Shown: positions 19,249 to 29,161, counted from the first letter of the stretch. The stretch: 32,000 bases of DNA from Chlamydiales bacterium (GCA_041395025.1 JAWLBH010000001.1:1260001-1292000), one strand, 5' to 3'. A program made the numbers and translations. Notes: generated by a model not told the origin, from the sequence alone.

Positions 19249-19342
19249 ACGTCTAGAATTAAGAAGATTTAGGTTTTAAGAAATAGAGAGATTGCTCATT
19301 TTCTAAATTCATTGAACTAGTAAGCTCTCGATGTTCTTCTTG

Positions 19343-19861
19343 TCAGATGACTTTATTTTTATCATGAGACTCATGATTAAGGAGCCATTTTTTTCTCATA
19401 ATTCCCCCTCGATATCCTCCAAGAGTATGATTATGACAAATGACTCGATGACAAGGGATAATAATGACTAATGGATTCATTTTATTTGCATTACCAACAG
19501 CACGTGTTGCTTTTGGATGATTCATTCGACAGGCAATATCAGAATATGAACAGGTTTTCCCAAATGGAATTTTTTGGAGTGCATGCCATACTTGCTTTTT
19601 AAAAGAGGATCCAAACATTTTAATAGGAGTGCGAAATTCAATCTGTTTCCCTTGAAAATAGAGCTGCATTTCTTTTTCAATCATTCGTAGTGGTGTAGTA
19701 GATTTTTCTTCGACTAACTCCTTTAAATTAAATTGATGATAGTTTTTAAGTTCTTGAGAATCAGAAAAATCTAGAAAAAGAAGAGCTTCTTCATCAGCAA
19801 TTGCTGTCATCGAACCGATTGGGGATGCAAACTGACTTGTATAGAGTATATGCGGTTTCAA
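19343..19861 (-). CDS. ogt: Methylated-DNA--protein-cysteine methyltransferase (O6-alkylguanine repair)
   Basis: 172 aa. It has the active-site IIIPCHRVI (PCHR) motif and a helix-turn-helix region YSDIACRMNHPKATRAVGNANKMNP. The N-terminal SPIG motif means the TTG at 19861 must be the start. Confidence 0.9.
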   Translation of the reverse strand: MKPHILYTSQFASPIGSMTAIADEEALLFLDFSDSQELKNYHQFNLKELVEEKSTTPLRMIEKEMQLYFQGKQIEFRTPIKMFGSSFKKQVWHALQKIPFGKTCSYSDIACRMNHPKATRAVGNANKMNPLVIIIPCHRVICHNHTLGGYRGGIMRKKWLLNHESHDKNKVI

Positions 19862-20150
19862 ATTAGGAGATCTTTTAATTTCTAAAATATCAAATAATTG
19901 TATAGATTAACCCTATTAATTAGATAGTCGATTAATCAAATTTAGAGATTATCAAACTATCAACTATTGTGTTTGTGAGCTTAAGACATTAGAAGAAAGA
20001 TATTTATCCATATTGAGATTGGGATAAACGCTTGTAGATCAAATAAAGCCTAAAAGGTATAGAAATGGGGTTGTTGTATCCAATGTTTCATACAAGTCCA
20101 TGGTGTCTAAATTCATTAAACCAGAGCTATTTATGATAAAAAAAAAGAAA

Positions 20151-20222
20151 CTCCGGATGCTGGATTCGAACCAGCGACCAATGGATTAACAGTCCACTGC
20201 TCTACCGCTGAGCTAATCCGGA
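20151..20222 (-). tRNA. tRNA-Asn (anticodon GTT), 72 nt, no encoded CCA
   Basis: I folded the reverse complement by hand: acceptor TCCGGAT/ATCCGGA, D-arm GCTC-AGCGGTA-GAGC, anticodon arm GTGGA-CTGTTAA-TCCAT, variable loop TGGTC, T-arm GCTGG-TTCGAAT-CCAGC, discriminator G. Confidence 0.95.
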
Positions 20223-20332
20223 ACAAAATAAAAATGGTAGAGAGTGATCGAATTAATTACCAGAAATTTGGTGAAAATTCATTAGAGTGACTAGAAAAAA
20301 AGGAAGAAAATCAAAGATGGGTTTTTGTATGC

Positions 20333-20360
20333 AACAACCCCTCTAAAAAGAGGGGTTGTT
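20333..20360 (-). terminator. GC-containing stem-loop immediately 3' of groEL (terminator or mRNA-stabilising/processing hairpin)
   Basis: A perfect 12-bp stem aacaacccctct / agaggggttgtt with a 4-nt loop starts 10 nt after the groEL stop. No clear U-tract follows on the minus strand, so its role as a classical intrinsic terminator is uncertain. Confidence 0.45.
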
Positions 20361-20369
20361 TAAATTCAA

Positions 20370-22001
<1,632 letters not shown>

Positions 22002-22019
22002 TCAGCTCCTTATGATTAT

Positions 22020-22328
22020 TTATTCAACAATTGCGATAATATCATCAGTACCCAAAATAACGTAATCTTCGCCATCCAGAGTAACTTCAGTTCCTGAGTA
22101 TTTTTCCATTAAAATCTTATCTCCTAACCTTACAGGAAAGGGAATGAGGTTACCGCTCTTGTCCTTTTTTCCAGTTCCAATTGCTATTACTTCAGCGGTT
22201 TCTTGCTTTTTTTTTGCTGTATCAGGAAGAATGATTCCTCCTTTTGCTTTTTCTTCAGCTTCTAGTCTTTTGACTAGTACTCTATTTCCTAAAGGTTTGA
22301 GTTTTGTTTGTATAGCTTGTTCTGTCAT
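22020..22328 (-). CDS. groES: Co-chaperonin GroES (10 kDa)
   Basis: It has KLKPLGNRVLVKR...GGIILPDTAKKK...GDKILMEKYSGTEV. I prefer the ATG at 22328 (AGGAG 5 nt upstream) to the track's TTG at 22346. Confidence 0.95.
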   Translation of the reverse strand: MTEQAIQTKLKPLGNRVLVKRLEAEEKAKGGIILPDTAKKKQETAEVIAIGTGKKDKSGNLIPFPVRLGDKILMEKYSGTEVTLDGEDYVILGTDDIIAIVE

Positions 22329-22402
22329 AACTACTCCTGGTTTCAAGAAGGATTATTTTGAGAACAAAAATAACAAGAAGGTTTTTTTTGAGCAATGAAA
22401 AA

Positions 22403-22429
22403 TTAGCACTTTTTCAATGTAAGTGCTAA
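22403..22429 (-). promoter_or_regulatory. CIRCE operator (HrcA binding site) of the groESL operon
   Basis: TTAGCACTT-N9-AAGTGCTAA compares with the consensus TTAGCACTC-N9-GAGTGCTAA. The spacing is perfect, and each arm differs only at the innermost base. It lies 75-100 nt upstream of the groES ATG. A possible -35 TTGTCA (complement of 22459-22464) lies just upstream on the minus strand. Confidence 0.85.
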
Positions 22430-22496
22430 TAAATAAATTTTTAAACAAATCAGTCAGATGACAAGATGATCTTTAAAAAGTCTTAGAGATTTGAAA

Positions 22497-24320
22497 CTAA
22501 CATTTTTCACAGGCTATTAATTCGAATTGATCGAGCAGAGAATTGAATTTATGAAAAATTCCCTCAATGGGTTCAGTAGAAATCATATCTACTCCAGCGA
22601 GTTTTAGTAGTTCAATAGGGAATAATGAAGATCCTCCTTTCAGAAATTGCAAATAGTGATCACGAGCTTTTGCATCTCCAGAAAGAACCTTTTCTGCGAG
22701 AGTGAGTGCTGCACTGATGCCGGTCGCATATTGATAAACATAAAAATTATAATAAAAATGGGGGATCCGAGCCCATTCAATCTGAATTTCTTCATCAATA
22801 AAAGCATCAGGACCAAAATAGTCAACATTCAATTGATAATATATTGTTTTAAGTAAAGAGGGGGTTAGGGGAATATTGTTTTCCACAAGCTCATGAATTT
22901 TTAGTTCGAATTCAGCAAACATAGTTTGGCGGAAAAAAGTCGCACGGATATCCTCAATTTTTTCATTTAGTAAAAAGAGTTTTTCTTCTTTTTTTGTAGA
23001 ACGCTTAAGAAGGAGGGCCATTAACAACTCTTCATTAAAAGTCGAAGCAACTTCAGCCACAAAAATTGAGTAATCAGAGTAATGATAGGGTTGGTGTGTC
23101 CTACTTAGATATGAATGCATACTATGTCCTGCTTCATGAGCAAGTGTGAAAGTATCCCGTAGAATGCCATGGAAGTTCATAAGAATATAGGGAAAGCTAT
23201 CAAAACATCCATTTGAATAAGCCCCCGAGCGTTTATGCTTGTTTTCGTAAGGATCCACCCAACGATCTTTTTTTAATCCTTGCTTCAAAATATTTTGATA
23301 CTCCTTACCCAAAGGAATCACTGATTCTAAAGTGAGATCTTCTGCTTCGGTATAAGACATTTTGAAGTCAATATGAGAAACAAGAGGAACATACATGTCA
23401 TAGAGATGGATTTCACGAAGTTTAAGAACGTTTTTTCGAAGATGGACATAACGATGAAGAGTTTGTATCCTTTCACGCACAGCTTTAATCAGAGAATAGT
23501 AGATTGACGTAGGAATATTTTTAGGAAAAAGAGCTGCATCAAGACAAGAAGTATAGGAACGAGCCCGAGCATTAAATAAGTGAGATTGAACTTGGCCATA
23601 GAGAAGTTCTGAAAAGGTGTTTTCAAATTCTTGAAGTGTGGAATGCATTCTTTTAAATGCATTTTGTCGCAAAATTGGATCTTGTGATCGCATATAAACT
23701 TGATATGTACCTTGAGTCAATGGATGTTCTTGTCCTTGGCTATCAATAATTGTTCCAATTTTCATATCAGCATCATTAAGAGCTGAAAAAGTTTTTGAAG
23801 AAGTTTGCATGGGTTTACAAGCGATAGCGATTAATTTTTCCCTATCAGCATCCAGTCTATAAGGACGCATACGGAGAATTTTCTCAAGGTAAAATCGGTA
23901 AATTGTAAGTTCTGGTTTATCCAAATAAGATTGAATCAATGGAAGTGGTAGCATCAAAATCTCGGGTTCAATCCATGCACTTTCTTCTTGAAAATCGAGC
24001 AACAAAGAAGAGATCTGTTGATAGGCTTTTTTAAAACGATCTTCAGTGATTTCTTCATTATGACGGTTATGAGCATAAGTATGAAGTTTATCAAGAGTTC
24101 TTGAAATTTTAAACGAAAGGTTCAGAGTTTCTTTGATCATTTCTTCCCCCTCTTTAAGCCGCCCTCGATAGCGATTTAAATTTGGCCAATAGGGAGGAGT
24201 AGGTTTTTCACGGACATTTTGAAAAGCTTTTTCCCAATCCTCTAAAGAAGAGTAAAGTGCTTGAATGTTCCAGGATTCTTCAGGAGAAAGCTGAGCTCGT
24301 GTTTTCATTTGTTTTGACAT
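22497..24320 (-). CDS. pepF: Oligoendopeptidase F (M3B metallopeptidase)
   Basis: 607 aa. The zinc motif HEAGHSMH has a downstream Glu (FVAEVAST). The length and N-terminal region (WNIQALYSSLEDWEKAF) are typical of PepF. It starts 9 nt after the ptsH stop. Confidence 0.9.
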   Translation of the reverse strand: MSKQMKTRAQLSPEESWNIQALYSSLEDWEKAFQNVREKPTPPYWPNLNRYRGRLKEGEEMIKETLNLSFKISRTLDKLHTYAHNRHNEEITEDRFKKAYQQISSLLLDFQEESAWIEPEILMLPLPLIQSYLDKPELTIYRFYLEKILRMRPYRLDADREKLIAIACKPMQTSSKTFSALNDADMKIGTIIDSQGQEHPLTQGTYQVYMRSQDPILRQNAFKRMHSTLQEFENTFSELLYGQVQSHLFNARARSYTSCLDAALFPKNIPTSIYYSLIKAVRERIQTLHRYVHLRKNVLKLREIHLYDMYVPLVSHIDFKMSYTEAEDLTLESVIPLGKEYQNILKQGLKKDRWVDPYENKHKRSGAYSNGCFDSFPYILMNFHGILRDTFTLAHEAGHSMHSYLSRTHQPYHYSDYSIFVAEVASTFNEELLMALLLKRSTKKEEKLFLLNEKIEDIRATFFRQTMFAEFELKIHELVENNIPLTPSLLKTIYYQLNVDYFGPDAFIDEEIQIEWARIPHFYYNFYVYQYATGISAALTLAEKVLSGDAKARDHYLQFLKGGSSLFPIELLKLAGVDMISTEPIEGIFHKFNSLLDQFELIACEKC

Positions 24321-24329
24321 GGATTCTGT

Positions 24330-24659
24330 TCAATATTGTATGTGAAATTTATTTCTTGCAAGCTTGATCACTTCTTCAACTACTTGAAAAGCATCTTCTC
24401 CATCTGCTTCAATCCGAATCCGAGATCCACGTGTAGCCGCTAAAGTAAGAATCCCAAGAAGAGATTTGCCATTGACGATGAGATCTTGATAAATCAAATT
24501 CACATGAGATTTGAAATTTGTTGTGCATTTAACCAGCTCAGTCGAAGGACGGGTATGTAATCCTTTATCATTAATGACAACAAAAACTCCCTCTGCTTTA
24601 TTAGCAGTCTTTATCACTTTTTCTTCAGAATGTAGGTTTTTGTTTTTTTTTCTAACCAT
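24330..24659 (-). CDS. ptsH: Phosphocarrier protein HPr with N-terminal extension
   Basis: The His15 site is GLHTRPST and the Ser46 regulatory site is NGKSLLGILTLAA. About 22 extra Lys-rich N-terminal residues (MVRKKNKNLHSEEK...) precede the HPr fold. An in-frame GTG at codon 15 is an alternative start. Confidence 0.85.
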   Translation of the reverse strand: MVRKKNKNLHSEEKVIKTANKAEGVFVVINDKGLHTRPSTELVKCTTNFKSHVNLIYQDLIVNGKSLLGILTLAATRGSRIRIEADGEDAFQVVEEVIKLARNKFHIQY

Positions 24660-24751
24660 AACTATGCACGAAAGAAGAGAAAAAGAAGGGTATAGATTTT
24701 TTTAAAAATTAGCAATCAAAAATTTTAGTGATTATGTTTTCTCTCTCATTT

Positions 24752-25171
24752 TTATTCTTCATAGTAGATTGTCCTTTCAAAAACTTCCCGTGTGCAGTAG
24801 ATAGGTGTTTTGTTTAAGAGAGCAAACATAATGCAATCACTTGGACGAGCATCAATCTCAATAATAGAAAGAATCTCACCTGCCTTATGTTCTAAGAAAA
24901 GGCGTGCAAAATAAGTCGTATCTTTTAAATCGTTTATGACAACTTGCTTCACTTTAATTTCTAGTCCATAGAAAACTTGATTTATCAAGTCATAGGTATT
25001 GGGACGCTGTTTTTCGATTGAGGAAAGGTATAATTGCATAGTTTTGCCAATCGATAAATCTGTGTAAATAGCAAATTTTTTTTCCTCAGCTTCAAGCACT
25101 ACACATGTATAAGAGCGCGATTGCATAACTTTTTCAAAATTGACTGGTATAAGTTCCGAAATTTCTTGCAT
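24752..25171 (-). CDS. Bifunctional nuclease family protein (DUF151/BFN domain)
   Basis: 139 aa. The central IEIDARPSDCIMFALLNKTPIYCTREV matches the DARPSDAIALA..PI signature of the DUF151 family as I remember it. Confidence 0.8.
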   Translation of the reverse strand: MQEISELIPVNFEKVMQSRSYTCVVLEAEEKKFAIYTDLSIGKTMQLYLSSIEKQRPNTYDLINQVFYGLEIKVKQVVINDLKDTTYFARLFLEHKAGEILSIIEIDARPSDCIMFALLNKTPIYCTREVFERTIYYEE

Positions 25172-25186
25172 GATGACCTGTTTTTC

Positions 25187-25894
25187 TTAAGTAATAAAAT
25201 CTATATTTCCATTCTTATATGCGACAAGAATCTGTAGGGATACAAGCCCTAAGAGAGAACTAATAAAAAAGCCTGTTTCGACAACACCAGGAAACTGAAT
25301 AAGTACTTTATGATCTTTTTCAGGCTCGATAAAGCCCTCAGTTTTTTGGATATCATAAATAAAATTGCCATTGTCAGTTAAATAAGGAAGACCATCTTTT
25401 GTGCGTAAACTGCCTTCGTAGCCTGCACTATGGATTTTAGCAATCGTTGCGTGGTATCCAAAGGGAAGGATTTCAATAGGTAAACCAAATTTGCCAAGCA
25501 TGGGGACTAGCTTGCTTTCATCTGCAATAATGATGACTTTTTTGCTTGTACTTGCAATAATTTTTTCCCGTAAAAGGGCTCCTCCACCTCCTTTAATACA
25601 ACGTAGCTTAGAGTCGATCTCATCAGCACTATCAATCGTGAGATCGATTCTATTGACAGCATCCATTGAAAGGAGAGGGATTCCACCTGCTTTTGCTTTT
25701 TCAGAGGAATGGAGCGAAGAAGCCACGGCTTTAATTTTTAATCCAGCACGGCATTTTTCAATTAAACTATCAATAAAAAAAGCAGTCGTTGAACCTGTCC
25801 CTAGCCCAATTAACATTCCCTCTTTAACAAACTCGACAGCTTTTTTAGCAACAGATTTTTTAAGTTGATTTTGAAGGTCACAATTCAATTTCAT
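25187..25894 (-). CDS. rpiA: Ribose-5-phosphate isomerase A
   Basis: 235 aa with RpiA motifs: GLGTGSTTAFFIDSL, DSADEID, and KGGGGALLREKI. Confidence 0.93.
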   Translation of the reverse strand: MKLNCDLQNQLKKSVAKKAVEFVKEGMLIGLGTGSTTAFFIDSLIEKCRAGLKIKAVASSLHSSEKAKAGGIPLLSMDAVNRIDLTIDSADEIDSKLRCIKGGGGALLREKIIASTSKKVIIIADESKLVPMLGKFGLPIEILPFGYHATIAKIHSAGYEGSLRTKDGLPYLTDNGNFIYDIQKTEGFIEPEKDHKVLIQFPGVVETGFFISSLLGLVSLQILVAYKNGNIDFIT

Positions 25895-25948
25895 AAAACT
25901 TGTGTATACCTTACGATGATCTTCAGGTCAAAGGAAAAAGGAGGTAGG

Positions 25949-26701
25949 ATGCTTCTTGGAGAATTTTCTGAGCAATTGAATCGTTATCTAAAATCTGATT
26001 TTTTTCAGGATTATGGCCCTAATGGCATTCAAGTAGAAGGAAAAGAAGAGGTCCATCGCATTGCTACTGCAGTATCAGCAAATTTAAAAACCATTCAAAT
26101 GGCTATTGATAAACATTGTGATGCACTTGTGGTACATCATGGTCTTTTTTGGAATGGTGATCCCTATCCTATTAGGGGGGCGAAAAAAAAGAAAATCAAA
26201 CTTCTTTTAGATAACCAGATTTCTCTTTTAGCTTACCATCTTCCGCTAGATGCTCATCAGGAAATTGGAAATAATTGGAAAGCTGCTCAAGACCTTGGAT
26301 GGGAAAATCTTGAATCTTTTAAGAGTCGAAAAGGCATGGATATTGGAGTAAAAGGACGATTCAAATCCATATTCATTGAGCATTTTATTAAAACTTTAGA
26401 AACTTATTATGAACATCCGGCTCATTTAGCTTTAGGAGGAAAAGAATATTTGGAAAATGCTGCTCTCATTTCAGGTGGGGCTTATCGAGAGTTGATTGTA
26501 GTAGCCGAAGCAGGAATCGATTGTTTTATCACTGGTAATTTCGATGAGCCTGCATGGGCAATGGCTTACGAAGAAAATATTCATTTTTTGGCTTTAGGGC
26601 ACTCAGCAACAGAAAGAGTAGCTCCTAAAGCACTTGCTGAATATCTCTCCAGAGAAATGAAATTAGATAGTGAATTCATTGATGTTCAAAATCCTTTTTA
26701 A
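25949..26701 (+). CDS. Nif3-family metal-binding protein (YbgI / GTP cyclohydrolase 1 type 2 homologue)
   Basis: It has DYGPNGIQVEG, ALVVHHGLFW, AYHLPLDAH, and LALGHSATE. I prefer the ATG at 25949 (AAGGAAAAAGGAGG upstream) to the track start at 25865, which would overlap rpiA. Confidence 0.85.
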   Translation: MLLGEFSEQLNRYLKSDFFQDYGPNGIQVEGKEEVHRIATAVSANLKTIQMAIDKHCDALVVHHGLFWNGDPYPIRGAKKKKIKLLLDNQISLLAYHLPLDAHQEIGNNWKAAQDLGWENLESFKSRKGMDIGVKGRFKSIFIEHFIKTLETYYEHPAHLALGGKEYLENAALISGGAYRELIVVAEAGIDCFITGNFDEPAWAMAYEENIHFLALGHSATERVAPKALAEYLSREMKLDSEFIDVQNPF

Positions 26702-26762
26702 ACAAAAAAGTCTAGTTTCAATAGGATTTTTTATTTCATTTTTTTTTGAAAGACTTAACTAT

Positions 26763-27149
26763 CTATTGACTCAAGCCAGGTTTAATGCGTCCTTTGAGTT
26801 CTTCTTGAAGATTTGAGGATTTTTCTTGTAGTTGTTTGAGAATTTGATTTGCTAACCCTGAGGTTTCTTTCTTTAGAGAATCTTTTAGTTGAGCGACATC
26901 TTCTGATTTTGGTTCAGTAAGAATGTTTCTGTCTTTTAAAGGTTTATAGTTTTTAGATGTCCTTAATTGTCGCTTTTCAATCGCATTAATAGCAATTTTT
27001 CTGAGTTCTTCTTCGGAATTTGCTTTTTGTTTTGTCAATGCTTTTTGCAGTTGCTCATCTTCTCGCTCTTGGAGCTTTTTAACCATTTCTTCATAATTTT
27101 CAGGATACTCGATAATTTCTTCTTTGTCGGCATGTTCTCCTTTGTTCAT
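26763..27149 (-). CDS. Hypothetical highly charged (Glu/Lys/Gln-rich) protein, probably helical/coiled
   Basis: 128 codons with an AAGGAG SD about 9 nt upstream of the ATG. There is no signal peptide, no TM segment and no motif I recognise. The composition is low-complexity, so both the coding status and the function are less certain. Confidence 0.6.
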   Translation of the reverse strand: MNKGEHADKEEIIEYPENYEEMVKKLQEREDEQLQKALTKQKANSEEELRKIAINAIEKRQLRTSKNYKPLKDRNILTEPKSEDVAQLKDSLKKETSGLANQILKQLQEKSSNLQEELKGRIKPGLSQ

Positions 27150-27232
27150 CTATAGAAGCTCCTTTACTCTGATACGATGATTTCGTATGATAACAGAATT
27201 TAATTTTCTAAGAAATAGTTGAAAAGGAATGA

Positions 27233-28489
27233 ATGAAAAATCTTATTTACAAACTTAAAGAACGAGGTTTTATTGATAGTGTTACAGATCACAAACTCTT
27301 TAGTTTAACGAAACATCCTATCAAAGTATATGCTGGATTTGACCCTACTTCGAATAGTTTACATCTTGGAAATTTAATTGCGATGATAGGGCTTGCATGG
27401 TTTCACCGTTTTGGTCACAAACCTATTGCTCTTATTGGGGGGGCAACTGGAATGATTGGAGATCCTTCTGGAAGAAATACCGAACGCAATATTCTGGATA
27501 GCAAGACAATTCATATCAACTCAATTGGAATTCGCCGCTCTCTTGAAGCAGTGTTAAAAACTGATGTGATGATTTTAGATAACGCTTCTTGGTTTAGAGA
27601 GATGGGATATATTTCTTTTTTACGAGATATTGGCAAATTTTTTCGTCTAGGACCTATGTTAGCTAAAGAGAGTGTTAAAACGCGTCTGACTTCAAAAGAA
27701 GGGATTAGCTATACGGAATTCAGTTATCAACTATTTCAAGCGTATGATTTTCTTCATCTTTTTAGAGAGCATGAGGTCACTCTTCAAATTGGAGGAAGTG
27801 ATCAGTGGGGGAACATTGTTGCTGGAACTGAGTTAGTCCGTAGATTAACAGGCACATCAGTGAATGGAATGACTTTTCCTCTTCTTACTCGTAGTGATGG
27901 TAAAAAATTTGGAAAAAGTGAAAAAGGTGCAATTTGGCTCAATCCTGATCGCCTTCCTTCTTACGATTTTTATCAGTATTTTTTTTCTATTCCTGATGCG
28001 GATATTCCGAAAATGTTTCGCATGCTTACATTTTTAGATCTTGAGGAAATTCGTGAGATAGAAGATTCAATGAGAGCAAAAGACTATATCCCTAATTCAG
28101 CACAAAGACGATTAGCAGAAGAGGTCACGAAAATTGTTCATGGTCAACAAGGATTGAACGAAGCAATTTCTATTACTAAAGCTGCTCAACCAGGAAGTCA
28201 TACTCAACTTACATCGGAAACGCTTCGTACCCTTGTTTCTGGTCTACCCAGTCAGACTCTTTTAGTCGACAAAGTAGTTGGAGTCAAGTTAATTGATTTA
28301 CTTGTTAAATGTCATCTTTTAGAAAGCAAAGGAGAAGCACGCCGTATGATTATAGGAGGGGGAGTTTCTCTCAATAATGTTAAGGTCAGTGATGAGGAGT
28401 TGGTCTTATCCAAAACTCATCTTGTAGAAAATGAATTTGTTCTTATCAGTTTAGGTAAAAAAAAGAAGTTAGTCATTCGCATTTCTTAA
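27233..28489 (+). CDS. tyrS: Tyrosyl-tRNA synthetase
   Basis: 418 aa. It has a HIGH variant (SLHLGN), KMSKS as KFGKSEKG, GGSDQWGNI, and a C-terminal S4-like domain (GEARRMIIGGGVSLNN). Confidence 0.96.
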   Translation: MKNLIYKLKERGFIDSVTDHKLFSLTKHPIKVYAGFDPTSNSLHLGNLIAMIGLAWFHRFGHKPIALIGGATGMIGDPSGRNTERNILDSKTIHINSIGIRRSLEAVLKTDVMILDNASWFREMGYISFLRDIGKFFRLGPMLAKESVKTRLTSKEGISYTEFSYQLFQAYDFLHLFREHEVTLQIGGSDQWGNIVAGTELVRRLTGTSVNGMTFPLLTRSDGKKFGKSEKGAIWLNPDRLPSYDFYQYFFSIPDADIPKMFRMLTFLDLEEIREIEDSMRAKDYIPNSAQRRLAEEVTKIVHGQQGLNEAISITKAAQPGSHTQLTSETLRTLVSGLPSQTLLVDKVVGVKLIDLLVKCHLLESKGEARRMIIGGGVSLNNVKVSDEELVLSKTHLVENEFVLISLGKKKKLVIRIS

Positions 28490-28676
28490 GTGCGTTTTTA
28501 TGATCTTTTTCTATTCTATTCTAATCCCAACTAGTTGATAACCAAGAGTAAAATAGATTTATATTTTTTCTGAATATGAATCTTTATATATTGATAGAAA
28601 TCAATATCTTATAAAATAAATCTCTTTAAAATAATGGAAATTTAGCTAAAAAAAATGTCTTTTTGTAAAAATTCTC

Positions 28677-28704
28677 TTGAAACGAAAATGTAGATAGATA
28701 TTAT
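28677..28704 (+). promoter_or_regulatory. Candidate promoter of the IHF/HU gene
   Basis: TTGAAA (28677-28682), a 16-nt spacer, then TATTAT (28699-28704). This predicts a roughly 90-nt 5' UTR containing the hairpins at 28732-28756 and 28761-28773. In AT-rich DNA a match of this kind can occur by chance. Confidence 0.3.
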
Positions 28705-28799
28705 ACGGCTATAACTCAATAAAATAAGAGAGAGAATGCTTAGTTTTAGCATTCTCAATTTCGGTACTACCGACAAGTTCAAACTAGGAGGCACAAATT

Positions 28800-29099
28800 A
28801 TGGCAACCATGACCAAGAAGAAATTGATCACGACCATCTCGCAGGATGAAGGACTTCATCCAAATCATGTTCGTGCAGTTATCCAAAATTTTCTCGATAA
28901 GATGACAGAAGCCTTAGCAAAAGGAGACCGTCTAGAATTTCGTGATTTTGGAGTTTTACAAGTTGTGAAAAGAAAACCAAAAATTGGTCGTAATCCAAAG
29001 AACTCATCTGTTCCCATTCATATTCCAGCACGTCGAGCGGTTAAATTTACGCCAGGAAAGAAGATGCGTCGCTTAATTGAAACATCAAAAGGTGAATAA
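28800..29099 (+). CDS. himD: Integration host factor / HU-family DNA-bending protein
   Basis: 99 aa. MATMTKKKLI...RLEFRDFGVLQVV.RKPK.GRNPKN...IPARRAVKFTPGK is nearly colinear with the C. trachomatis CT267 (himD) protein as I remember it. An AGGAGG SD sits at 28786-28791. Confidence 0.92.
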   Translation: MATMTKKKLITTISQDEGLHPNHVRAVIQNFLDKMTEALAKGDRLEFRDFGVLQVVKRKPKIGRNPKNSSVPIHIPARRAVKFTPGKKMRRLIETSKGE

Positions 29100-29133
29100 A
29101 AAAACAGGTGTTTTTTTCCTAATTCAATATGTT

Positions 29134-29161
29134 ACCCTTAGTAAAAGCTAAGGGTTTTTTT
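29134..29161 (+). terminator. Rho-independent terminator of the IHF/HU gene
   Basis: The stem acccttag / ctaagggt (8 bp, 29134-29141 and 29148-29155) has a 6-nt loop and is followed directly by a T-run through 29161. It begins 35 nt after the stop codon. Confidence 0.65.

Noticed and set aside
19862-20150. 290-bp ORF-free stretch between ogt and tRNA-Asn as an att site, island remnant or sRNA
   Set aside because: There is no repeat of the tRNA 3' end, no integrase fragment and no convincing promoter-terminator pair. Only very short ORFs (23 codons or fewer) are present. It is kept only as context in the eamA-ogt finding.
25491-25868. 125-aa plus-strand ORF antisense to rpiA
   Set aside because: The opposite strand encodes RpiA with all its signature motifs. 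The antisense translation is Ser/Leu/Pro-rich mirror sequence.
29098-29117. A7-caggtg-T7 palindrome immediately after the IHF/HU stop as the terminator
   Set aside because: The stem is almost purely A:U with a minimal loop. The G:C-containing hairpin plus T-run at 29134-29161 is a much better intrinsic terminator. The A/T palindrome may merely be part of the same AT-rich 3' region.
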